Assembly: GCA_012841525.1 (NCBI GenBank)
Contig: DUUO01000032.1
Location: 6,166-70,165, forward strand
DNA length: 64,000 nt
From: Clostridiales bacterium
GTDB taxonomy: Bacteria; Bacillota; Clostridia; Christensenellales; DTU072
Reading direction: 5' to 3'
Shown here: piece after piece, positions 8,178-15,984 of the stretch
Numbering within the stretch: the first letter of the stretch is position 1
Layout: each line of letters opens with the position of its first letter
Position numbers and translations under genes: made by a program
The notes under the pieces: model-generated
Seen by the model: the letters and a program-made list of their open reading frames with translations, nothing else
Told to the model about the DNA's origin: nothing
Databases searched by the model: none

Positions 8178-10004
8178 ATGATTAAACAAAAAAGAAAAAT
8201 TAATATAATTGTACTGATTGTAATGCTAATGCTACTGATATTAGCGTTGATTTCTTGTAAGCCAACAGAAATAATAAAGGAAACAAAAACCGTAAAAATA
8301 AATAGCGAAGAAGATTTTAAAAATTTACTTGTAAAAAATACGGGTGAATTATATTCATTATATACTTATGAAATAAATGCTGATTTAGATTTTACAAATG
8401 AAATTTGGGAACCTATTGCTAAAGGCGATAATGAATTTTTTATGGGCACAATTAATGGAAATAATCATACCATTAAATATAAGATTGAAAAAGAAGCAGA
8501 AAAAACAGATCAAGGATTTGTTGATGTTGAAAATTTTAATGGTAGCGATTATTATTCTTTAATTGCAAAAGCAAAAAATTTAAAAATTACCAATTTAAAA
8601 GTAGAAGCAGACATATCTTATGAAGCTCAAACAAATATATCATATGCGTCTAGTTTAATAGGTTATGCTGTTGATAGCGTTGTTATTTCTAGTGTTTCTG
8701 TAAGTGGAAACATTTTAAGTAAAATGCCAGATTTGGCAGAACACAAAAACGACCTAGAAGATAAACCTTTAAAGCGACTCGATGTTTATGAAGGACACAC
8801 AACTCAATATATTGGTGGAATTGTTGGCTATGGTTTTGATAATATTAGTTTTATTAATTCAGAATCAAATGTAAATATTAAAGCTGAAAAGTCAAATAAT
8901 GGTTTTGCAAAGAATATTTTTGTTGGCGGATTAGTTGGATATATTAGGTCTAGTATTTTAACCAATGGAGCAAATAAAAACATAGTAAAACATGATGAAT
9001 ATTGTGGTCAAATTGATATTACTGGGGAAAATGTTTATGTAGGTGGACTTGCAGGCGATGCTGAAAATCTAAACACATCACAATTTATTTTAAAAAATTC
9101 AGACATTAAAGTTTATTTCATGGATAAATTAAAACTTGGTGGTATTGCTGGACAGGCAATGAAAAGTGAAATTACTGAGTCTATGATAACAGAAAATGTT
9201 AATTTAGAGGTCAACAAAATTACGGCTACTGGTGAGGATAGTGCAACAATAACAAATAATAACACACTTGAGGCTGCTAGCATTGGTGGGGCAGTTGGAT
9301 ATTTAAAAGATGATTCTTCAGTTAAGGATTGTTCTATTGAATTAAATATAATTGTTACACAAGGTAAAAAATATTATATTGGTGGAATTGTAGGAGTGCT
9401 TTTTGATTCTTCTATTCAAGATTGCATATCAAGTGGAGATTTAATGATTTCAAAGACTACTTCACTAAAAGATTATGAATTTAATTTTTTAGGAGCAGAA
9501 TACGAATCTAAAGAAGTGCTAAATAGAGTATTAAACTCTGCAGGCATTGTAGGAAAAGTTGGATATAAAGCAAGTTTTAACAATATTGCTACAAAATTTT
9601 TTGCTTTTAGAAATTCAAGTGCAGAAAAACATGATGATATAAAAAACTTTAGCATTGATGAAAAAGTTAGAAAAGACGATCCTGATTTAAAAAATTATTT
9701 ATATAGTAAGGGCTATTTACCATATGATGAAATAATAGAAAAAATCGTGTTTCAAGAGCAAAGTGCAAGTCAGAAAAAAGATAAAATAGTATCTTGTTCA
9801 GTGTTTTTCAAAATTTCAGAAAATGAAGTCACATATAGTGCAGATAGTGCTGTATATGAAAAAGTTAAAGAAAATAAAGATGCTAGAGAAATAACAGATA
9901 AAGTGGAACCTTTAGTATTTGGCACTACTCTAGAAAAAGTAGATGCTGATTCTAAGTTTGACAATTTAAAAGAAAAAATAGAAAGTAAAATTATAACAAA
10001 ATAA
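8178..10004 (+). CDS. Lipoprotein with repeated GLUG-type (GG[IL][VA]G) motifs, putative surface beta-helix protein
   Basis: N-terminus is KQKRK plus a hydrophobic stretch and lipobox L-I-S-C (..LALISCKP). There are at least 6 spaced motifs: GGIVGYG, VGGLVGY, VGGLAGD, LGGIAGQ, IGGAVGY, IGGIVGV. Confidence 0.65.
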   Translation: MIKQKRKINIIVLIVMLMLLILALISCKPTEIIKETKTVKINSEEDFKNLLVKNTGELYSLYTYEINADLDFTNEIWEPIAKGDNEFFMGTINGNNHTIKYKIEKEAEKTDQGFVDVENFNGSDYYSLIAKAKNLKITNLKVEADISYEAQTNISYASSLIGYAVDSVVISSVSVSGNILSKMPDLAEHKNDLEDKPLKRLDVYEGHTTQYIGGIVGYGFDNISFINSESNVNIKAEKSNNGFAKNIFVGGLVGYIRSSILTNGANKNIVKHDEYCGQIDITGENVYVGGLAGDAENLNTSQFILKNSDIKVYFMDKLKLGGIAGQAMKSEITESMITENVNLEVNKITATGEDSATITNNNTLEAASIGGAVGYLKDDSSVKDCSIELNIIVTQGKKYYIGGIVGVLFDSSIQDCISSGDLMISKTTSLKDYEFNFLGAEYESKEVLNRVLNSAGIVGKVGYKASFNNIATKFFAFRNSSAEKHDDIKNFSIDEKVRKDDPDLKNYLYSKGYLPYDEIIEKIVFQEQSASQKKDKIVSCSVFFKISENEVTYSADSAVYEKVKENKDAREITDKVEPLVFGTTLEKVDADSKFDNLKEKIESKIITK

Positions 10005-10081
10005 ATTATTCAAAATTAAATTTTTAATAAGCTCTGATTTAATTTAGTTAAACAAAAATTATATTGGTGAAGAATCAATAT

Positions 10082-10215
10082 ATCTAGAAAATGGTATTAA
10101 ACGATTTAAGTGGATAACAGCTAGAAAATAATATTTAATAATTCAGTACATAATAGCATTAAATAATTTAAGTGTATTATATCTCAAAAATAGTATTAAA
10201 TAATTTAAGTATATA
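10082..10215 (+). repeat. Degenerate intergenic tandem repeats (about 3-4 units of 33-50 bp) upstream of thrS
   Basis: Units are atctagaaaatggtattaaacgatttaagtggata, gctagaaaataatatttaataattcagtacata, (c)ataatagcattaaataatttaagtgtatta and atctcaaaaatagtattaaataatttaagtatata. Confidence 0.6.
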
Positions 10216-10287
10216 AATTTCTTTTTAATTTTAAACAATTTGAGTTATAATTTTTATTAATATTTATTATATAAAGAGGCAAAAAAA

Positions 10288-12219
10288 ATGAAAATTACAT
10301 ATAAAGATAAAGTTTATAACTATGATGATGGAGTTATGTTTATAGATATAGCAAAAGATTTAGCTCTTGAAGATTTTAAAAAAATTCTTGCTGTCAAAGT
10401 CGATGAAAAGCTTATAGGTTTATATACTCTTGTAGAAGGTGATTCAACAATAGATTTTGTTACTTTTGAGTCGCCAGAAGGAAAAGATATATATAGACAT
10501 AGTTCTGCTCATATTATGGCGCAAGCAGTTAAAAGATTATATCCAGATGTAAAAGTTGCAATAGGTCCTTCTATTGAAAATGGCTTTTACTATGATTTTG
10601 ATTTTACAAGCCCAATTAGTAAAGATGATTTAGAAAAAATAGAAAAGGAAATGACTAAAATCATTAAGGCAAATTATCCAATTATCAGACAAGAAATAAC
10701 AAAAAAAGAAGCATTTGAAATGTTCCAAAACCACAATGAAATATATAAAATTGATCTTATTGAACATTTGCCAGAAGAAGAGACAATTTCCATATATAAA
10801 CAAGAAGACTTTATCGATTTATGTAGAGGACCTCATGTTCCATCTACAAGATATATAAAAGCATTTAAACTTTTATCCGTGACAGGTGCTTATTGGCGTG
10901 GTGATGAAAAAAATAAAATGCTTACAAGAATATATGGAACCAGCTTTGATACAAAAGAAGCACTAGCAGCACATTTAGAAGCACTAGAAGAAGCAAAACA
11001 AAACGATCATAATAAGATTGGAAGAGAGTTGAGATATTTTATGACCGATGAAAATATTGGTCAAGGCTTACCTTTATTAATGCCAAAAGGTGCAAAGCTA
11101 TTTCAAATATTAACTCGTTTTATAGAGGATACCGAAGCAAAAGAAGGCTATGAACTAACGAAAACTCCATATCTTGCAAAAAGCAAATTATATAAAATAT
11201 CAAAACACTGGGATCACTATAGAGATGGAATGTTTATAATAGACAACGAAGATGAAAATGAAGTAATGGCATTAAGACCTATGACATGTCCATTTCAATA
11301 TACAATATATAATAACGGCTTAAAATCATATAGAGATTTACCAGTAAAATATGCTGAAACTTCCACATTGTTTAGAAACGAATCAAGCGGAGAAATGCAT
11401 GGTTTAATTAGAGTGCGTCAATTTACAATATCAGAGGCACACATTATGTGTATGCCATCACAACTTGAGGAAGAATTCAAAAAGGTATTAAATTTAATTC
11501 ATTATGTTTTGAAGGCTGTAGGTTTAGATGATGATATTAGTTATAGATTTTCTAGATGGGATCCTAGTGAAACTGGAAAGTATATTAACGCTCCAGAGAA
11601 ATGGGAAAAAGCAGAAAAAGAAATGGAAAAAATCTTAAAAGATTTAAATATTGAATATACTACAGGTATTGGAGAAGCTGCTTTTTATGGACCAAAGTTA
11701 GATATACAAATTAAAAATGTCTATGGAAAAGAAGATACATTAGTTACTGTACAAGTTGACATGTTTTTAGCAGAAAATTTTGATATGACTTATATTGATG
11801 AATCAGGACAAAAACAAAGACCATATATCATTCATAGAACATCAATTGGCTGCTATGAAAGAACAATGGCTCTATTATTAGAAAAATATAAAGGAGCATT
11901 ACCATTATGGCTTTCTCCTGAACAAGTAAGGGTAATTAGTTTAACTGATAGAACAATAGATAATACAATCGAAATTGAAAAAATATTGAGAAACGCAAAT
12001 ATTAGAGTAACTTCAGATACTAGAAATGAAAAAGTTGGTTATAAAATTAGAGAAGCACAACTTGAAAAAGTTCCATACATGTTAGTAATTGGTGATAAAG
12101 AAGTTGAAAATGGAGTTGTCGCAGTCCGAAAAAGATCAAAAGGCGATATTGGTACAATGACTCTAGACGAATTTATTAATATGTTGAAGGAAGAAATAGA
12201 AAATAAAGTATTGTCATAG
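10288..12219 (+). CDS. thrS: Threonyl-tRNA synthetase
   Basis: Track ORF with a TGS-like N-terminus, the editing-domain motif HSSAHIMAQAV, and class II motifs RPMTCPF and FRNESSGEMHGLIRVRQF. Confidence 0.95.
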   Translation: MKITYKDKVYNYDDGVMFIDIAKDLALEDFKKILAVKVDEKLIGLYTLVEGDSTIDFVTFESPEGKDIYRHSSAHIMAQAVKRLYPDVKVAIGPSIENGFYYDFDFTSPISKDDLEKIEKEMTKIIKANYPIIRQEITKKEAFEMFQNHNEIYKIDLIEHLPEEETISIYKQEDFIDLCRGPHVPSTRYIKAFKLLSVTGAYWRGDEKNKMLTRIYGTSFDTKEALAAHLEALEEAKQNDHNKIGRELRYFMTDENIGQGLPLLMPKGAKLFQILTRFIEDTEAKEGYELTKTPYLAKSKLYKISKHWDHYRDGMFIIDNEDENEVMALRPMTCPFQYTIYNNGLKSYRDLPVKYAETSTLFRNESSGEMHGLIRVRQFTISEAHIMCMPSQLEEEFKKVLNLIHYVLKAVGLDDDISYRFSRWDPSETGKYINAPEKWEKAEKEMEKILKDLNIEYTTGIGEAAFYGPKLDIQIKNVYGKEDTLVTVQVDMFLAENFDMTYIDESGQKQRPYIIHRTSIGCYERTMALLLEKYKGALPLWLSPEQVRVISLTDRTIDNTIEIEKILRNANIRVTSDTRNEKVGYKIREAQLEKVPYMLVIGDKEVENGVVAVRKRSKGDIGTMTLDEFINMLKEEIENKVLS

Positions 12220-12298
12220 AAGACAAAATTATATAACGACTCTAGATATTTTATTAATATGTTGAAGAAGAAAATTGAAGATAAAATATTTTCATAGA
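12159..12298 (+). repeat. thrS 3'-end echo: last ~61 bp of thrS plus a degenerate second copy 79 bp downstream
   Basis: gactctagacgaatttattaatatgttgaaggaagaaatagaaaataaagtattgtcatag (12159-12219) compares with gactctagatattttattaatatgttgaagaagaaaattgaagataaaatattttcatag (12238-12298). The echo reads MLKKKIEDKIFS-stop, against MLKEEIENKVLS-stop in thrS. Confidence 0.75.
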
Positions 12299-12372
12299 GT
12301 ATGAAAGATATAAATCATTTTGATTTCAGTTTAGAATTGAAGTCAATTGATTAATAAAAAAATATTATATAG

Positions 12373-12879
12373 TTGGGGATAAAAAAGGCAAAATCGAGCA
12401 AAAAAACTGCATCTAAGAAAAATATTGATGTTGTAAATTTAATTTTAGGTTTAGTTGCGATAATTTCAGGCATACTAATTAGTATTTTTGAAAACGATTA
12501 TCTACAAGGTATTATGATAGCTTTAGGGATATTTTTTGTTGCCTTGGTGCATATAACCTTGGTAAGAAGCAATATGTTCAAGAAATTGCATTGATAATAC
12601 TTGGCATTTTGCTTATATTTTTAACTGTATATGAATATGAAATTGCTCTTGTTATGCTAGGAGTTACAATTATACTTATATCTATCTTGATGCTTGTGGT
12701 GTCAATTAAAAGAAAAGGGTGCAAAGGCAGGTTTAATGTATGCAATTTTAATACTCGGACTTTTAGCAGGATCTGTTATTATTTCAATTGCTTATGTTTA
12801 TGAATCTTGGCTTTATATTTTATTTGGAGTATCATTTGCTGCTACTGGACTATTACTTTTAATAAAATCTGTTGTATAA
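12373..12879 (+). pseudogene. Frame-broken gene for a small polytopic membrane protein built of three ~55-aa two-TM repeats (or three overlapping mini-ORFs)
   Basis: Track ORFs 12373-12594 (frame 1), 12591-12803 (frame 3) and 12694-12879 (frame 1) each encode one copy of a K-rich segment followed by ..ILG.. and two hydrophobic helices. No SD precedes the 2nd or 3rd piece. The second junction lies at the A/G run attaaaagaaaagggtgc (12705-12722). Confidence 0.4.
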
Positions 12880-12945
12880 AAACTTAAAAATAAACATTAA
12901 ATATTTTATTGGCAAATTGATTAAAGTAAATGAGTTATTTAATTT

Positions 12946-12969
12946 GGGTATTTGAAAAAGTAAATACCC
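12946..12969 (+). terminator. Hairpin downstream of the membrane-gene cluster (possible terminator, no clear U-tract)
   Basis: GGGTATTT-gaaaaagt-AAATACCC is an 8-bp stem, but it is followed by aaataat rather than a T-run. Confidence 0.3.
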
Positions 12970-13007
12970 AAATAATATGCAAGAAGCAATATTTTTAAAC
13001 AATTTTC

Positions 13008-13037
13008 TTGACAACATATTTATGTTAATGTTATTAT
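13008..13037 (+). promoter_or_regulatory. Putative sigma-70-type promoter of the infC-rpmI-rplT operon
   Basis: TTGACA (13008-13013), then 18 nt, then TATTAT (13032-13037), about 220 nt upstream of infC. Confidence 0.45.
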
Positions 13038-13054
13038 TTGCAAGAAGTAGAAAA

Positions 13055-13160
13055 ATCTCACCAGATGTAATTAAGCAGTATGGTTCTAAAATTTAATAAT
13101 TATCAATAATACTTGATATTATTTTTTGGTGAGATGTGTTTTTAAACACATTTTTTATTT
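13055..13160 (+). promoter_or_regulatory. infC leader with long-range helix plus terminator hairpin (L20-leader-like attenuator)
   Basis: ATCTCACCA (13055-13063) pairs with TGGTGAGAT (13127-13135). Immediately after comes hairpin ATGTGTT-ttta-AACACAT (13134-13151) followed by tttttatttt. The position corresponds to the L20-responsive leader of Firmicute infC operons. Confidence 0.45.
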
Positions 13161-13258
13161 TAAATGAGTATTTTGTATTAATATCTATAAAGGTATTTAC
13201 ATAACTAAAATAAATACAAATATGTCAGTTTTATATCGCTGACTATAAGGAGGATAGT

Positions 13259-13792
13259 ATTATTAAAGAATTACCAATTAACTCTGAAATCAGATCAAAA
13301 GAAGTTCGTTTAATTGATTCAAACGGTGAAATGCTAGGGATTTTTGCACTTAACTACGCTCTAGATAAAGCATATGATCAAAATCTAGATTTAGTGTTAA
13401 TATCACCAGGTGCAAATCCACCTGTTGCCAAAATTATGGACTATAAAAAATATCGTTATGATCAAACCAAAAGATTAAAAGAAGAAAGAAGAAAGCAAGC
13501 ACAAGCATCAATTCAAGTGAGAGATATATGGCTTTCTGCAACAATTGATGTTGGCGATCTAAAAACCAAGGCTAAAAAAGGCAGAGAGTTTATAGAAAAT
13601 GGTGATAAGGTAAGAGCTAGCATTAGAATGAGAGGACGTCAAATGTTGCATCCTGAAGCAGGAATTGAAGTAATGAATAATTTCTTTGAACTCTTGTCTG
13701 ATGTTGCAGAAATTGAAAGTGCTCCAGTTCAACAAGGTCGTTCAATATATATGGTACTTGCTCCAATATCAACAAAGCAAAAAAACAAATAA
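13259..13792 (+). CDS. infC: Translation initiation factor IF-3, with non-AUG (AUU) start
   Basis: The track ORF starts at an internal Met (13331). The frame is open from 13214, and (M)IKELPINSEIRSKEVRLIDSNGEMLGI aligns with the IF-3 N-terminus. SD AAGGAGGA (13247-13254) is followed by ATT ATT at 13259/13262. Confidence 0.9.
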   Translation: MIKELPINSEIRSKEVRLIDSNGEMLGIFALNYALDKAYDQNLDLVLISPGANPPVAKIMDYKKYRYDQTKRLKEERRKQAQASIQVRDIWLSATIDVGDLKTKAKKGREFIENGDKVRASIRMRGRQMLHPEAGIEVMNNFFELLSDVAEIESAPVQQGRSIYMVLAPISTKQKNK

Positions 13793-13811
13793 TACACTAA
13801 GGAGAATAACT

Positions 13812-14012
13812 ATGGGAAAACAAAAAACACACAGTGCATCAAAAAAACGTTTTAGATTTACTGCAACAGGTAAAATTAAAAGAAACAAACAAGGCAAAAG
13901 TCATATTTTGACAAAAAAGACTACAAAACGTAAAAGAAATTTGCGTCAAGGAACATATGTTCATGAATCACAAGAAAAGACAATCGCAAACATGATTTAT
14001 AGTCAAAAGTAG
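13812..14012 (+). CDS. rpmI: 50S ribosomal protein L35
   Basis: [24 protein letters not shown].. preceded by SD aaggaga. The track ORF start at 13686 is an upstream extension that overlaps infC. Confidence 0.95.
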   Translation: MGKQKTHSASKKRFRFTATGKIKRNKQGKSHILTKKTTKRKRNLRQGTYVHESQEKTIANMIYSQK

Positions 14013-14022
14013 GAGGTGCAAC

Positions 14023-14373
14023 ATGAGAGTTAAAAGATCAGTAAACGCAGCAAAAAAACGCAGAAGTATATTAAAGAAAACAAAGGGATATTTCGGAAGA
14101 AAGGGAACGAACTATAGAATAGCAAGGCAAGCAGCCATGAAGTCTGGACAATATGCATATGTTGGCAGAAAACTAAAGAAAAGAGATTTTAGAAAAATTT
14201 GGATTACAAGAATTAATGCTGCAGCAAGAATGAATGATTTATCATATAGCAGATTAATCCATGGATTAAAAGTTGCTGGAATAGATTTAAATAGAAAGGT
14301 ACTTGCTGATATAGCAGTAAATGATAGTGCTGCTTTTACAGCCTTATGCGATAAAGCAAAAGCTGCTATCTAA
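14023..14373 (+). CDS. rplT: 50S ribosomal protein L20
   Basis: [25 protein letters not shown].., with SD taggaggtg upstream. Confidence 0.95.
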   Translation: MRVKRSVNAAKKRRSILKKTKGYFGRKGTNYRIARQAAMKSGQYAYVGRKLKKRDFRKIWITRINAAARMNDLSYSRLIHGLKVAGIDLNRKVLADIAVNDSAAFTALCDKAKAAI

Positions 14374-14395
14374 AAGTTATATAAATAAAACTTCG

Positions 14396-14420
14396 AAACC
14401 TCCTCAATGGAGGTTTTAAT
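14396..14420 (+). terminator. Intrinsic terminator after rplT
   Basis: Hairpin AAACCTCC-tcaat-GGAGGTTT (14396-16) is followed by ttaattt, a short and interrupted T tract. Confidence 0.6.
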
Positions 14421-14428
14421 TTAAAATA

Positions 14429-15175
14429 ATGTATATAAAATCAAAAGATAACAAGAATTTCAAATTATTACGTAGCTTAAGCAACAAAAAATATAGAGGT
14501 AAACTTAATCTTTTTGTAGCTGAAGGGCATAATCTGCTTAAAGATTTCGAAAACATTAAAATAAAAAATCTTTTTATTAGAGAAAGTGATCAAAAAAAAT
14601 ATTCTCAAATATATAGTGATTTAGAAAATATAACATATATTGTTGATGATGAAATTTTTAACAGTGTTGCTGATACAGTAAATAGTAATGGAATTTTGGC
14701 AATAATTGAAAAACCAGAAATTAAGAAAATTAAATCAGATTTGGTTGTGGTTTTAGATAGAATTAGAGACCCTGGTAATTTAGGGACAATTTTAAGAACT
14801 TCTGTTGCAATGGGAGTTTTAGATTTTGTTTTAATCAACTGTGTTGATCCATATTCTCAAAAAGTTGTAAGGGCCTCTATGGGTGGAGTTTTTTACGCTA
14901 ATATTATACAATGTAATATAGTTGATTTATTAGAAATTCTTCCTGATTATAAATTTTGTGCTTTAGATATGGAAGGAGAAAATATATATAAATTTAAGCC
15001 TTTTGAGAAACTTGCTTTAGTTGTAGGTAGTGAGGCTACTGGTTTGAGTGATGAAATAAAAAAACACACAGATATATATTTATCTATTCCAATGCAATCA
15101 GGGTTAATTGAGAGTTTGAATGCAGCAGTTTCATGTTCAATTGCTGTTAGTACAATTTTGAACAACAAAATATAA
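14429..15175 (+). CDS. TrmH/SpoU-family RNA 2'-O-methyltransferase
   Basis: Track ORF with SpoU motifs LDRIRDPGNLGTILRT, LVVGSEATGLS and IPM..IESLNAAVS. Confidence 0.75.
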   Translation: MYIKSKDNKNFKLLRSLSNKKYRGKLNLFVAEGHNLLKDFENIKIKNLFIRESDQKKYSQIYSDLENITYIVDDEIFNSVADTVNSNGILAIIEKPEIKKIKSDLVVVLDRIRDPGNLGTILRTSVAMGVLDFVLINCVDPYSQKVVRASMGGVFYANIIQCNIVDLLEILPDYKFCALDMEGENIYKFKPFEKLALVVGSEATGLSDEIKKHTDIYLSIPMQSGLIESLNAAVSCSIAVSTILNNKI

Positions 15176-15193
15176 TAAAAAAGGAGTTTTAAT

Positions 15194-15922
15194 ATGGCAG
15201 GTCATAGTAAGTGGTCAAATATCAAACATAAGAAGGGAAAAGCAGATGCTGCACGCGGTAATTTGTTTACAAAGATCGGAAGAGAAATTTCTGTCGCAGT
15301 CAAACAAGGTGGTCCTGATCCTGTTAGCAACTCTAGACTTAGGGATGTAATTGCAAAAGCAAAACAAGCAAATATGCCAAACGATAACATCAATCGTTCA
15401 ATTAAAAAAGCAAGTGGTGAATTGGATACCATTCATTATGAAGAAGTTGTTTATGAAGGTTATGGTCCAAATGGCGTTGCATTTATTGTAGAAACATTGA
15501 CTGACAATAGAAATAGAACTGCAGGCGATGTTAGACATGCTTTTGATAAGTTTGGTGGTTCTTTAGGGCAAACAGGTTGTGTTGGCTATATGTTTAACAG
15601 AAAAGGTGTTATAGTTGTTGATAAAACAATGAGCGATGAAGATATGATGCTTTTAGCTTTAGAAATAGAAGCTGATGATATAGTAATAGATGATGAAGTT
15701 TTTGAAATTTTTGTAAACCCTTCAGATGTTTTTGATAAAGCAGAACAATTAGAAAAAGCTGGAGCAGTAATTTTAAATAAGGCTGTTGATATGGTTCCAG
15801 ATAATTATGTTATTCCAGAAAATCCAGAGACATTACTCAAATTAATAAATGCACTAGAAGATAGTGACGATGTACAAAACGTCTATCACAATGCAGAAAT
15901 TGATGAAGATTTAGATGAATAA
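15194..15922 (+). CDS. yebC: YebC/PmpR-family DNA-binding transcriptional regulator
   Basis: MAGHSKWSNIKHKKGKADAARG.. is the signature N-terminus. SD aaaggag upstream. Confidence 0.9.
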   Translation: MAGHSKWSNIKHKKGKADAARGNLFTKIGREISVAVKQGGPDPVSNSRLRDVIAKAKQANMPNDNINRSIKKASGELDTIHYEEVVYEGYGPNGVAFIVETLTDNRNRTAGDVRHAFDKFGGSLGQTGCVGYMFNRKGVIVVDKTMSDEDMMLLALEIEADDIVIDDEVFEIFVNPSDVFDKAEQLEKAGAVILNKAVDMVPDNYVIPENPETLLKLINALEDSDDVQNVYHNAEIDEDLDE

Positions 15923-15984
15923 TATTGTATTAAATAATAAATTAAGTAAAAGATAAAGAGCAAATTCAGTATTTGGAGTACATT

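Noticed and set aside
10005-10287. T-box riboswitches upstream of thrS, and upstream of valS at 27266-27342.
   Set aside because: I found no T-box 14-mer-like sequence (..GGTGGTACCGCG..) or terminator/antiterminator pair. The valS leader is only 78 nt and is mostly occupied by the pgsA terminator.
13686-13811. The 42-codon N-terminal extension of the track ORF 13686-14012 (MNSCLMLQKLKV..).
   Set aside because: It overlaps the infC coding frame. A canonical SD (aaggaga) plus the ATG at 13812 yields a normal 66-aa L35, so the extension is an artefact of longest-ORF calling. The same logic applies to 32101-32133 (parE) and 41636-41704 (the CofE-like gene).
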